64,000 nt of DNA from an uncultured Rhodobacteraceae bacterium (GCA_958439195.2 CAXXOC010000026.1:339-64338); one strand, 5' to 3'; shown: positions 7,679-17,409, counted from the stretch's first letter. The notes: a model not told the origin generated them from the letters alone. Numbers and translations are program-made.

Positions 7679-10562
7679 GGAACACGAGATCGGTGATCTC
7701 TGCGGTCACGTCCAGTTTGCGCAGATGATCGACCACCCGGATCCGGTCACCGTGGCGGGCGCGGCCATTCTTGACGAAAGCCAGCGCAAGATGCGCATCC
7801 AGCGTAGCGGAATAGCAGACCGAGGTGACATAGCCCTGATCCGTTTCACGATGCACCCTGTCGCCGGGTGCAAAAAGGTGCGCGCCCGCCGTCATCGGCA
7901 TGGCTGATTTCAACCCTACCAACTGTTCCCGCTCTGGGCCAAACATCCCCGGCCGCGCAGCGGCGGCTTTGCCGATGCAGTCCTTCTTGGCGCTGACCAT
8001 CTTTTCCATGCCGACATCGAATGCCGTGGTGCGGCCATGAATTTCGGCATGGGTGATGAACCCCTTCTCGATGCGCAGAACGTTCAGCGCCTCCATCCCA
8101 TAAGGCCCGCCGCCCAGCGTTTCGGCCCGCGCCAGCAGGTCGCGGAACAACGCCTCGCCAAAGCGGGTGGGCACAGCGAGTTCATAACCCTCTTCGCCGG
8201 AAAACGAGATGCGGAACAGGCGCGCGGGGGTGGACCCCAGCACAATGCCGCTGACACCCATGAAAGGCAGGTCGGGCGCGGAACCCAGCAGCGTGGCGAG
8301 CAACTCGCGCGCCTTCGGCCCGGCAATGGCAAATTGCGCCCAGGCCTCGGTCACGGAAATAAAGCGGACATCCCATTCGGCACAAAACGCCTGATGGACA
8401 AAATCCAGATGCCGCATCACCAACCCGGCGGCGGCGGTGGTCGTGGTCATCAGATAGTGGTTTTCCCCCAATCGCGCGGTGGTGCCGTCGTCCAGAACCA
8501 GCCCATCCTCGCGCAGCATAAGCCCATAACGAACACGCCCCACAGGCAGGGAAGAGAAGGTGTTGGTATAAACCAGATCAAGAAACCGCGCCGCATCACG
8601 ACCCTGAATATCGATCTTGCCAAGGGTAGAGACATCCGCCACGCCAACCGTAGTCCGCACCATCCGCACCTCGCGGTTGCAGGCCTCCTGCCATGTGGCT
8701 TCCCCCGGCTTGGGGAAATAGCTGGGTCGATACCACAGGCCGGCCTCAATCATCGGGGCGCCACGGTCGCGGCTGGCCTGATCGCTGGTCAGAAAACGCT
8801 GCGGCGCAAAACCCATGCCACGCCCACCCGCACCCATCGCGGCAATCGACACGGGCGTGAAAGGCGGGCGGAATGTGGTGGTGCCGGTTTGCGGAATGCC
8901 ACGCCCCGTGGCGTCGGCAAGGATGGCAAGCGCGGCCACGTTGGAGTTCTTGCCCTGATCCGGGGCCATGCCTTGCGTCGTGTAGCGTTTCATATGCTCG
9001 ACGCTGCGAAAGTTTTCCTGCGCCGACAGCTTCACATCCTTGGTCGTCACATCATTGGCGAAATCAAGCCATTGCCGCCCCTCGACATCGGGCGTCTGCC
9101 AAAACGGCACAAGGCTGTAGGGCGCGTCTTCAGCCAAGGGCACGGCCATTTCAGGCGCAGTCCTGCCCAGAGCAGCAAGCGCGGAACGTGCGGCCTCTGT
9201 GCCGTCGCGCAGACAGGCAGCGGTCGAGAATACCCCGTTGCACGCCCCCGCAGGCGTAAGCCGAGGCACCGCATCGGGGGCGGGGATGAAGGCGGCAATA
9301 TCCTCGCGCCACAGGGGGCGGCCATTCATATGGCAGGTCAGGTGAACCGTCGGATTCCAGCCACCCGACATGGCCAGGCAATCTGTCTCCAGCGTGGCCG
9401 TGCCGCCTGCGTGGCGCACCGTGATCGAGGCCAGGCCAAGCCTGCCCGCCGTTCCGGTGATTTGGGCGTTCAGGTATACCGGGCAATCCTCAAGCGCCGT
9501 GGCATCGGGCCGGGTATCCAGGATCGCCACCACCTTGACCCCCGCCGCCATCAGATCGCGCGCGGTGGCACGCGCGGCATCGTTGTTGGCGATCACCGTT
9601 ATGCGACTGCCCGGCACTACGCCATAGCGGTGCAGATAGCTGCGGACGGCCGAGGCCAGCATGATGCCCGGACGATCATTGTCGGGAAATACCATCGGGC
9701 GTTCCAGCGCGCCCGCCGCAAGGATGGTCTGCCCCGCCACGATACGCCAGAAGCATTCCCGCGGCAGGTGCGGCGCGGGCTTGGTATGCAATCCCACCCG
9801 TTCCAACGCGCCGTAAGTGCCGTCGTCATAGGCCCCGGTCACTGTAGTGCGGGTCATCAGCCGCACATTGGGCAGGGCGCGCAGCTCATCCAGCGCGGCC
9901 TTGGCCCAATCGGCACCGGGCTGGCCATCAATGCGCAGGTTTTCCGACAAAAGCCTGCCGCCCATGCGGGCGTCTTCCTCGGCCAGGATCACATCCGCAC
10001 CGGCCCGCCCGGCAGTCAGCGCCGCCATCAGGCCCGCCGGGCCTGACCCGATCACCAGCACATCGCAATACGCCCAAGCCTTTTCATAGGCCGCTTCGTC
10101 ATGCTTGCCGGACAACGATCCCAGGCCCGCCGCCCTGCGGATCAGCGGTTCATACAGCTTTTCCCACAGCGGGCGCGGCCACATGAAGGTCTTGTAATAA
10201 AATCCCGCCGAAAGGAACGGCGCGGCCAGATCGTTGACCGACAGCAGGTCAAAACGCAGCGAAGGAAACCGGTTCTGGCTGCGGGCGGACAGACCATCGA
10301 ACACTTCCTGCACCGTAGCGCGAACATTCGGCGTCTGCTGGTTGCCCTCCAGGATTTCGACCAAGGCATTCGGCTCTTCGCTGCCCGCCGTCAGCACCCC
10401 GCGCGGGCGGTGATATTTGAAACTGCGCCCGACCAGCCGCACATCATTGGCAAGCAGCGCGGATGCCAGCGTATCGCCCTTGTATCCCTGATAACTGCGC
10501 CCATCGAAGATGAACGTGACAGGCTGGCTGCGGTCGATCAGTCCTTTTCCGGCCAGCCTCAT
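7647..10562 (-). CDS. soxA: Sarcosine oxidase subunit alpha
   Basis: 971 aa. N-terminal 2Fe-2S-like/NAD(FAD) fold (DVLVIGSGPAGLMAALTAGRAGADVILAEE) and a C-terminal aminomethyltransferase (GcvT-like) folate-binding domain. Its position in soxBDAG fits. Confidence 0.95.
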   Translation of the reverse strand: MRLAGKGLIDRSQPVTFIFDGRSYQGYKGDTLASALLANDVRLVGRSFKYHRPRGVLTAGSEEPNALVEILEGNQQTPNVRATVQEVFDGLSARSQNRFPSLRFDLLSVNDLAAPFLSAGFYYKTFMWPRPLWEKLYEPLIRRAAGLGSLSGKHDEAAYEKAWAYCDVLVIGSGPAGLMAALTAGRAGADVILAEEDARMGGRLLSENLRIDGQPGADWAKAALDELRALPNVRLMTRTTVTGAYDDGTYGALERVGLHTKPAPHLPRECFWRIVAGQTILAAGALERPMVFPDNDRPGIMLASAVRSYLHRYGVVPGSRITVIANNDAARATARDLMAAGVKVVAILDTRPDATALEDCPVYLNAQITGTAGRLGLASITVRHAGGTATLETDCLAMSGGWNPTVHLTCHMNGRPLWREDIAAFIPAPDAVPRLTPAGACNGVFSTAACLRDGTEAARSALAALGRTAPEMAVPLAEDAPYSLVPFWQTPDVEGRQWLDFANDVTTKDVKLSAQENFRSVEHMKRYTTQGMAPDQGKNSNVAALAILADATGRGIPQTGTTTFRPPFTPVSIAAMGAGGRGMGFAPQRFLTSDQASRDRGAPMIEAGLWYRPSYFPKPGEATWQEACNREVRMVRTTVGVADVSTLGKIDIQGRDAARFLDLVYTNTFSSLPVGRVRYGLMLREDGLVLDDGTTARLGENHYLMTTTTAAAGLVMRHLDFVHQAFCAEWDVRFISVTEAWAQFAIAGPKARELLATLLGSAPDLPFMGVSGIVLGSTPARLFRISFSGEEGYELAVPTRFGEALFRDLLARAETLGGGPYGMEALNVLRIEKGFITHAEIHGRTTAFDVGMEKMVSAKKDCIGKAAAARPGMFGPEREQLVGLKSAMPMTAGAHLFAPGDRVHRETDQGYVTSVCYSATLDAHLALAFVKNGRARHGDRIRVVDHLRKLDVTAEITDLVFHDKEGAKLRA

Positions 10563-10831
10563 GCTGCGCCCCCCTTGCGGTCGGCGACGGCCTCGACGGC
10601 CAGAATTTCATGCGTGACCGTGTTCCGGGTCACCGCCAGCCATGATGAACACCCCATATCGTGATACCACAGATCGCGTGTCACCCCGGCGGGGTTGTCG
10701 CGGTTGTGCAGATAATCATCCCAGGCCTGCGGAGCGGCGTCGGGTGCGGGACGGTCAAGATAATCCTCAGCGCCATAATAGTAAAATTCGCGCCGGTCGC
10801 GGGGGCCACAAAGGGGGCAGGTCAGGCGCAT
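10559..10831 (-). CDS. soxD: Sarcosine oxidase subunit delta
   Basis: MRLTCPLCGPRDRREFYYYGAEDYLDRP...WYHDMGCSSWLAVTRNTVTHEI is the SoxD zinc-ribbon family. ATGA overlap with the soxA start. The track ORF extends to 11092 only because it reads through the inserted repeat. Confidence 0.9.
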   Translation of the reverse strand: MRLTCPLCGPRDRREFYYYGAEDYLDRPAPDAAPQAWDDYLHNRDNPAGVTRDLWYHDMGCSSWLAVTRNTVTHEILAVEAVADRKGGAA

Positions 10832-10879
10832 GGCAGGCTCTTTTCGTGCAAGCTGTGGTCGCGGTGGCAGGCGTCGCCC

Positions 10880-10978
10880 AGGGGCGCTGCCCCTCGGCCT
10901 TGGGCCGTATCTTTCGGTAATCTGGGCCGGAATGTTTGGGCCAAGATGAACGCAGCGGCCTTCATTTTGGCAAAAATA
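10880..10978. repeat. Composite palindromic intergenic repeat, copy B (inside the sox operon)
   Basis: AGGGGC-GCT-GCCCCT hairpin (~10880-10894) and inverted arms ...GGGCCAAGATGAA-N10-TTCATTTTGGCAAAAATA (~10938-10978). Same orientation and architecture as copy A. Confidence 0.75.
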
Positions 10979-11033
10979 CTCCCGCCGAAGGCGCAGATCG
11001 ATGCAGGGCGCAGATGGCGAAATCTGGTCATGG

Positions 11034-12284
11034 TCAGTGCAGGTTGTGCTGGCTTCCGGTGCCTTCTTCATCAAGAAGGTGGCCGGTTGCAAAACGGTTC
11101 AAACGAAAGCGGGCTGCAACGGGGTGGCTGTCCCCCGTCGCCATCAGATGCGCCATGCACCAACCCGACGCGGGCACAGCCTTGAACCCCCCATAGTTCC
11201 ACCCACAGTCGATGAACAGGCCATCCACCGGCGTCTTGTCGATGATGGGCGATCCGTCCGGCGACATGTCCATGATCCCCCCCCACGACCGCAACACCTT
11301 TGCGCGTCCGATCATCGGCATCAGGGTCATCCCCGCCTCCATCACATGCTCCACCATCGGCAGGTTCCCGCGTGAGGCATATGAGGCGTAGAAATCCAGA
11401 TCGCCGCCGAACACCAGACCGCCCTTGTCGGACTGGCTGATATAGAAATGGCCCATGCCAAAGCTGACGACATGGTCGATCACGGGCTTCAGCCCTTCGG
11501 TCACGAAAGCCTGCAAGATGTGGGATTCGATGGGCAGGCGCAGGCCCGCCATCGCCGCCACCTGCGACGACCGGCCCGCCACCACAATGCCCACCTTTTT
11601 CGCCCGGATGGCGCCACGCGTGGTCTGCACGCCCACCACCTTGCCGTTCTGCACGTCGATGCCGGTCACTTCGCAATTCTGGATCAGGTCCACGCCGCGC
11701 CGGTCGGCGGCGCGTGCATAGCCCCAGGCCACGGCATCATGCCGCGCCGTTCCGCCACGCGGATGCAAAAGGCCGCCATAGATGGGAAAGCGGGTCTGTT
11801 CGAAATCCAGATAGGGCAGATGTTCGCGCACGCCCTCGCGGTCCAGCAGGATCGCATCATCGCCCTGGTTGATCATCGCATTACCGCGCCGGGCAAAGGC
11901 ATCGCGCTGGCCATCGGAATGGAACAGGTTGATCAGGCCGCGCTGGGAATGCATCACGTTGTAATTCAGGTCCGGCTCCAACCCTTCCCACAGCTTCAGG
12001 GAATGGGAATAGAACTCTGAATTGCCCGGCAGAAAGTAATTGGCCCGCACGATGGTCGTGTTGCGCCCGATATTTCCAGACCCGAGATAGCCCTTTTCCA
12101 GCACGGCGATATTGGTCATCCCGTGGTTCTTGGCCAGGTAATAGGCGGTGGAAAGGCCATGCCCGCCACCACCGATGATGATGGCGTCATATTCCGCCTT
12201 CGGGGCGGGGTCGCGCCACGCGGGCTTCCAGCCCTTGTTGCCGAACAGCCCTTCGGTGATGACCTTGAAACCTGAATACCGCAT
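11034..12284 (-). CDS. soxB: Sarcosine oxidase subunit beta
   Basis: 416 aa with the FAD motif YDAIIIGGGGHGLSTAYYLAKNHG, DAO-family throughout, first gene of soxBDAG. Confidence 0.95.
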   Translation of the reverse strand: MRYSGFKVITEGLFGNKGWKPAWRDPAPKAEYDAIIIGGGGHGLSTAYYLAKNHGMTNIAVLEKGYLGSGNIGRNTTIVRANYFLPGNSEFYSHSLKLWEGLEPDLNYNVMHSQRGLINLFHSDGQRDAFARRGNAMINQGDDAILLDREGVREHLPYLDFEQTRFPIYGGLLHPRGGTARHDAVAWGYARAADRRGVDLIQNCEVTGIDVQNGKVVGVQTTRGAIRAKKVGIVVAGRSSQVAAMAGLRLPIESHILQAFVTEGLKPVIDHVVSFGMGHFYISQSDKGGLVFGGDLDFYASYASRGNLPMVEHVMEAGMTLMPMIGRAKVLRSWGGIMDMSPDGSPIIDKTPVDGLFIDCGWNYGGFKAVPASGWCMAHLMATGDSHPVAARFRLNRFATGHLLDEEGTGSQHNLH

Positions 12285-12343
12285 CGCCCCGTCCCGTCAG
12301 TTGGCCCGTTCGCTGGCTGCGCCATGACAACCGCGCCGGACGG

Positions 12344-12382
12344 CAAGATGCAACCCCCGGCAAGCCACGCCATTGCCGGGGG
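12344..12382 (-). terminator. Candidate terminator after the dehydrogenase gene
   Basis: 10-bp stem CCCCCGGCAA-N9-TTGCCGGGGG (~12354-12382), followed on the minus strand by TTGCATCTTG. Confidence 0.5.
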
Positions 12383-12446
12383 CGACAGGAAATGTCGTTT
12401 CCAGTCAGACGCCCCCTGCCTTGGCCCGGCGTTCAGGACAGCCCGG

Positions 12447-13877
12447 TCAAAGACCCTTCGACCGATAGGTCTGTGCCACGCGACCGATCGACACAAGATA
12501 GGCCGCCATCCGCAGGTCTTCAACATCGGCCCGGCTGTGCCATGTCTCGCGCATCGCCTGATAGGCCGACCGCATCGTATCATCGAGGCCGGAGCGAACC
12601 AGTTCCAACTCCCCCGCGCCGCGCAGATAGCTGTCCTTGAAGCCCGGCGAAAGCGTCCAGCCGAGCCCCTTGTCGGCGGACAGGCGTTCCAGTTCGTTCA
12701 CCAGCAGGTGATGCCGCGCCTCCTCGGCCCGGCGCTGCATCCGGCCAAAGCGGATGTGCGACAGGTTCTTGACCCATTCGAAATAGCTGACCGTCACGCC
12801 GCCCGCATTGGCATACATGTCGGGAATGATGACCGCACCTTTCTGGCGCAGGATTTCATCCGCACCAAAGGTGATCGGGCCATTGGCCGCCTCCACGATC
12901 AGCGGCGCCGCAATGCGTGCGGCGTTGCCCTTGTTGATCACACCCTCCATCGCGGCTGGGATCAGGATGTCACACGCCTGTTCCAGCACGGCAGCACCGT
13001 CTGCCGTGAATGTGGCCCCGGCAAAACCTACCAGCCCGCCCGTGGCCGAAAGATGCTGGCGCACCGCCTCGACATCCAGACCGGTATCCGACAGCAACGC
13101 CCCATCGCGTTCGATGATTGCAGTGATCCTTGCACCGTCCTCTTCCGACAGGAACTTGGCGGCGTGATAGCCCACATTGCCAAGCCCCTGCACAATGACC
13201 CGCTTGCCATCCAGCCCGCCTGACAACCCTGCTTTGGCCACATCTTCGGGGTGGCGAAAGAATTCGCGCAGGGCATATTGCACGCCCCGACCCGTCGCCT
13301 CCACCCGGCCCTGGATACCGCCGGCATGGGGCGGCTTGCCCGTCACGCAGGCCTTGGCATTGATGTCTGTGGTGTTCATCCGGGCGTATTGATCGGCGAT
13401 CCAGGCCATTTCACGCTCGCCCGTGCCCATATCGGGGGCGGGCACGTTCTGCGCCGGATGGATCAGGTCGCGCTTGATCAGCTCATAGGCAAAACGACGG
13501 GTGATCTGTTCCAGTTCGTGTTCATCCCAGGCGCGCGGGTCGATGCACAGCCCGCCCTTGGACCCGCCAAAGGGCGTTTCCACCAGCGCACATTTATAGG
13601 TCATCAGCGCGGCCAGCGCCTCCACCTCATCCTGGTTGACCGACAGGGCATAGCGGATGCCACCCTTGACCGGTTCCATATGTTCGGAATGCACCGAACG
13701 ATAGCCGGTGAACGTTTCGATCTTGCCGCGCAGGCGCACACCGAACCGAACGGTATAGGTGGAGTTGCACACCCGGATCTTCTGTTCCAACCCTGGGCTA
13801 AGGTCCATCAACCGAACCGCGCGGTTGAACATCAGATCGACAGACTCCCGAAAGCTGGGTTCACCTGTGTGTTGCAT
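12447..13877 (-). CDS. Glu/Leu/Phe/Val dehydrogenase family protein (probable glutamate dehydrogenase)
   Basis: Family signature region MTYKCALVETPFGGSKGGLCIDP (catalytic Lys box) and NAD(P) fold VIVQGLGNVGYHAAKFL. Confidence 0.85.
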   Translation of the reverse strand: MQHTGEPSFRESVDLMFNRAVRLMDLSPGLEQKIRVCNSTYTVRFGVRLRGKIETFTGYRSVHSEHMEPVKGGIRYALSVNQDEVEALAALMTYKCALVETPFGGSKGGLCIDPRAWDEHELEQITRRFAYELIKRDLIHPAQNVPAPDMGTGEREMAWIADQYARMNTTDINAKACVTGKPPHAGGIQGRVEATGRGVQYALREFFRHPEDVAKAGLSGGLDGKRVIVQGLGNVGYHAAKFLSEEDGARITAIIERDGALLSDTGLDVEAVRQHLSATGGLVGFAGATFTADGAAVLEQACDILIPAAMEGVINKGNAARIAAPLIVEAANGPITFGADEILRQKGAVIIPDMYANAGGVTVSYFEWVKNLSHIRFGRMQRRAEEARHHLLVNELERLSADKGLGWTLSPGFKDSYLRGAGELELVRSGLDDTMRSAYQAMRETWHSRADVEDLRMAAYLVSIGRVAQTYRSKGL

Positions 13878-14458
13878 CGCATCCTCCCCTGTTGCGCCGA
13901 ACCAACCATGCGGCCCGGGCCATCAACAGCCCAGCCGAAATGTTCGGCAATCAATAGCATGGTCCCTGATAACGACGGTCAGGTTTCCACGGAATTAAGA
14001 CGCCCCGATGAAAGACCGCCGCACCCCGCACCTCGCGGGCCATGCGCGCCATCCTTTCCGCCACATGAAGGCGGCGCATCGTCCGCCAGAACTTTCCCAA
14101 TCCTGCCGCAATCCTGCCCAGCAGAATGGTTAACGTACACACTTGCGGATGGGAACCAATCCGACTGGAACATCCCGGAAAGGGCACCAAATGACGATTA
14201 ACCATTTGAACCGGCGGACAACGGCGATCATCGCCCGTTCGGCTGTGAGCGAATCGGTTTCGGAATGCTTGCGCACTGCACGCAAAGCATTGTCTGCCCT
14301 CCCGCCACAATCATGGCGGAATTCAGCCGACAGTTTCTCGCCCTCCCCCGCCACGGGCCTGCAACACCGGCATAACTTGCTTGGCGAAGGGGGTTCCCCC
14401 ATCCTCTCACATCGGGGGCGTAAAGAAACGTTAAACCGGGTTTCCGGTCAGGCGTCCA

Positions 14459-16141
14459 ATGGTCATGGGATTAACTATCATGCGTAAGTCTGTCCTCTCG
14501 CTCGTCGGACGTCCGTTCCAGCGTTTCCACCGCAATGAGGATGGCTCGCTGCTGGTTTTCGGCCTGTTCCTCTTTGCGACCTTCTTCCTGATGAGCGGGA
14601 TGGCGGTCGATCTGATGCGAACGGAAAACCGCCGCACCGCGCTGTCGCAATCGCTTGACCGCTGCGCGCTGAATGCCGCCGCCCTGCGCCAAACGCTCGA
14701 CCCCGCAACCGTGGTCCGCGACTGCGTCGACCGCGACGGAATGCTGCCCTTCCTGACCGACGTCATCGTAACGAACGGCACCGGCCAGCGGTCGGTCGAG
14801 GTGAAGGGCCATATCCCGGTTGAAACCATGTTCATGGGCGCAAGCGGCGTGGACGTGATCGATGTGAACGCCCGGTCGGTCGCCGAACAGCGCGCCACGA
14901 ACATCGAAGTGGTTCTGGTCCTTGACGTCTCCGGGTCGATGGACGGCAGCAAACTGTCGTCGCTGAAAAGCTCGGCCAAGAATTTCGTCAGCACGGTTCT
15001 GGCCAATGACAACAACAAGATCTCGATCGGGGTTGTCCCCTATAACGGTCAGGTCAACCTTGGCGCTTCGCTGGCAACCAAGTTCAACATCACGCATGTC
15101 CCCGGCCTGCCCGCTACGGCCAACGTGAACTGCGTCGACATGCCCCCGGCGATGTATGGATATACGGGCATTGCCCGCACCACCCCGATGCCCGCAACGG
15201 GCTGGGCAGATGCCTTCTCCACACTCTCATCCTTCCCGACCTCGCATAGCACAACAGGGCGCGCCCCGACGGCAGGCAACGTGTGGTGCCCCCCATCAAC
15301 GGTCAATATCGTGCGCATGCCGGATGACAATATCGCCGCGCTGCACAGCTACATCGACAAACTGGTCGCCATTGGTGCCACATCCACCAACGCGGGCATG
15401 AAATGGGGCGGCGCCATGCTTGACCCGCAGTTCCGCAGCATCATCAACGAATATGTCGATGCAGGCGTGGTGCCGGTCGAATTCAAGGATCGTCCTTTCG
15501 ACTATTCCAAACGTGACGCGCTGAAGATCGTCGTCCTGATGACAGACGGTGAAAACTTTGGCGACGTCCGCCTGAACGACAACTATCGCACTGGTCTGTC
15601 ACCCATCTACAAAGGCTCGGATGGCAACTTCTCGATCCGCCACACGTCGGGCCGCCCATCGGGTGCCGGAACGAATGAATACTGGGTGCCGCACCGCAAC
15701 AGCAACGCCGGTGAATGGCGTGCCACATCCTGGGGCAACTCCACCTCCACCCAAGGCACGCAATTGACCTGGCAACAGGCGTGGCAGGAACTGAATGTAA
15801 GCTGGACCGCATGGCACCTTTATGCCCGCGCCCTTGGCACCACCTCCACCACCCGGACGAACACCTACAACACCTGGTTCAACAACTTCCGCAGCCAGCG
15901 TGGCACCTCAACCTCGGCCCCGGAAATGGATGCGGAACTCCAGCAGATCTGCAACCTGACAAAGACACAGGGCGTGCTGGTCTATGGCATCGCCTTCTCG
16001 GCCCCGACGCGCGGCATCAACGCGGTTAAGGGTTGCTCCTCGTCTGAAGGGCACTTCTTCAACTCGACCAACACCAACCAGTTGAATGCAGCGTTCCAGG
16101 CCATCGCAACCAACATCACCCAGTTGAGGCTTGTGAACTGA
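14459..16141 (+). CDS. TadG-like pilus-assembly protein with von Willebrand A domain
   Basis: N-terminal Tad-like hydrophobic segment (NEDGSLLVFGLFLFATFFLMSGMAVDLMR) and a vWA MIDAS motif VVLVLDVSGSMDG. An alternative start at 14480 (MRKSVLSL) is possible. Confidence 0.8.
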   Translation: MVMGLTIMRKSVLSLVGRPFQRFHRNEDGSLLVFGLFLFATFFLMSGMAVDLMRTENRRTALSQSLDRCALNAAALRQTLDPATVVRDCVDRDGMLPFLTDVIVTNGTGQRSVEVKGHIPVETMFMGASGVDVIDVNARSVAEQRATNIEVVLVLDVSGSMDGSKLSSLKSSAKNFVSTVLANDNNKISIGVVPYNGQVNLGASLATKFNITHVPGLPATANVNCVDMPPAMYGYTGIARTTPMPATGWADAFSTLSSFPTSHSTTGRAPTAGNVWCPPSTVNIVRMPDDNIAALHSYIDKLVAIGATSTNAGMKWGGAMLDPQFRSIINEYVDAGVVPVEFKDRPFDYSKRDALKIVVLMTDGENFGDVRLNDNYRTGLSPIYKGSDGNFSIRHTSGRPSGAGTNEYWVPHRNSNAGEWRATSWGNSTSTQGTQLTWQQAWQELNVSWTAWHLYARALGTTSTTRTNTYNTWFNNFRSQRGTSTSAPEMDAELQQICNLTKTQGVLVYGIAFSAPTRGINAVKGCSSSEGHFFNSTNTNQLNAAFQAIATNITQLRLVN

Positions 16142-16674
16142 TGCGCATGTCATCCATGATCCGCCGCTTTGCGCGGCGCGAAGACGGGACGGCCACCGTT
16201 GAATTCGTGATCCTTGTGCCGCTGCTGTTTGCGATCTTCATTGCGACGCTGGAAACCGGCCTGATGATGTCGCGCTGGTCCAGCATCGACCGGGCGGCAG
16301 ATATGGTGATCCGGTCCCTGCGTCTGGGCCAGTATCAGAACCCCAATGCTGAAATGCTGCGCTCCGAGGTGTGTGACCGCGTGTTCCTGGTGGAAAACTG
16401 CTTTGAAAACACCGCTGTGGACATCCGCGAAATCGATCGTGCGACGTTCGTCATGCCAGACGAAGATGAACCCTGCGTCACCCGCGATGATGAGGTGATC
16501 CAGCCGGTCACGACCATCGTTCCGGGCCAGCAGAACGATCTGATGCTGATCCGCATCTGTGTCACGGTGGATGCCATGTTCCCCACCTCCAAATTTGCCG
16601 TGCCGATCGATCTGGATGAACAGGGCGGCTATGCGCTGTCCGTTGCGTCCGTCTACGTGAACGAACCAAGCTGA
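16141..16674 (+). CDS. TadE-like pseudopilin
   Basis: ARREDG/TATVEFVILVPLLFAIF is a class-III prepilin-like G/XXXXEF processing motif plus a TM helix. The start overlaps the upstream stop (TGATG). Confidence 0.8.
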   Translation: MRMSSMIRRFARREDGTATVEFVILVPLLFAIFIATLETGLMMSRWSSIDRAADMVIRSLRLGQYQNPNAEMLRSEVCDRVFLVENCFENTAVDIREIDRATFVMPDEDEPCVTRDDEVIQPVTTIVPGQQNDLMLIRICVTVDAMFPTSKFAVPIDLDEQGGYALSVASVYVNEPS

Positions 16675-16687
16675 GGGGGGCAAAGAC

Positions 16688-17269
16688 ATGAAACTGCTGT
16701 CATCGATCACCCAAGGCATCACACGCGCCCTGCGCCGGTTCGGGTCTGATACATCCGGCACGTTGCTGGCCGAAGCCATGTTCATCGTGCCGGTCATGGC
16801 GCTGGGCATGTCGGGCTTCTACGCATTCTGGGATGTCTATCAGACACAGAACCGCGTGCAGAAAGGCGCCTATGCCGTCTCGGACATGCTGTCGCGGGAA
16901 ATGGTCCCGGCCAGCCCTGCCTTCCTGACGGGTCTGGAGCGGACGCTTGAATACATCATCGGCCAAGATGCGCGCATCCGGGTGACAAGCATCCGCCGCG
17001 TGTCGGACGGGCCATTGGGTCTGCAGGGGTTGGATGTACTGTGGTCGGTCTCTCCCGGCAATGTGATGCTTCCCCTGAACGAAGGCACCCTGACCCAGAT
17101 CGAACCGGACATTCCCATGACGGCGGTCGGATCGAACATGGTGGTGATGGAGGTGGTCGTCCCCTATTCGCCGGTCACAGAAATCCTTGAACTGGATACG
17201 ATCAGCGAAACCGTCGCCATGCGCCCGCGCTTTTTGCCGACGCTCTGCCTGACGGGCGTAAGCTGCTGA
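16688..17269 (+). CDS. TadE-like pseudopilin (second copy)
   Basis: SDTSG/TLLAEAMFIVPVMALGMSGF has Gly followed by Glu at +5 and a hydrophobic helix, consistent with the TadE/TadF family. Confidence 0.7.
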   Translation: MKLLSSITQGITRALRRFGSDTSGTLLAEAMFIVPVMALGMSGFYAFWDVYQTQNRVQKGAYAVSDMLSREMVPASPAFLTGLERTLEYIIGQDARIRVTSIRRVSDGPLGLQGLDVLWSVSPGNVMLPLNEGTLTQIEPDIPMTAVGSNMVVMEVVVPYSPVTEILELDTISETVAMRPRFLPTLCLTGVSC

Positions 17270-17339
17270 CCACCCGGCGCCGACGAACCTGGACGCTGAC
17301 AACCCTGTGCGCCTGTGCGCCACGGCACCAACCTTCTGC

Positions 17340-17366
17340 ACGGGGCGGCGTTGTCTGCCCCGTTTG
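17340..17366 (+). terminator. Candidate terminator after the tad-like trio
   Basis: ACGGGGC-N10-GCCCCGT followed by TTTGC. Confidence 0.45.
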
Positions 17367-17409
17367 CATGACCTAGCTTTGCAGTCACGCCCATAGCAGG
17401 AGGCTGCCC

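Noticed and set aside
14143-14487. 114-aa ORF and overlapping minus-strand ORFs in the long tad leader.
   Set aside because: They have no Shine-Dalgarno, overlap one another in different frames, have biased Arg/Ser/Pro composition and show no recognisable domain.
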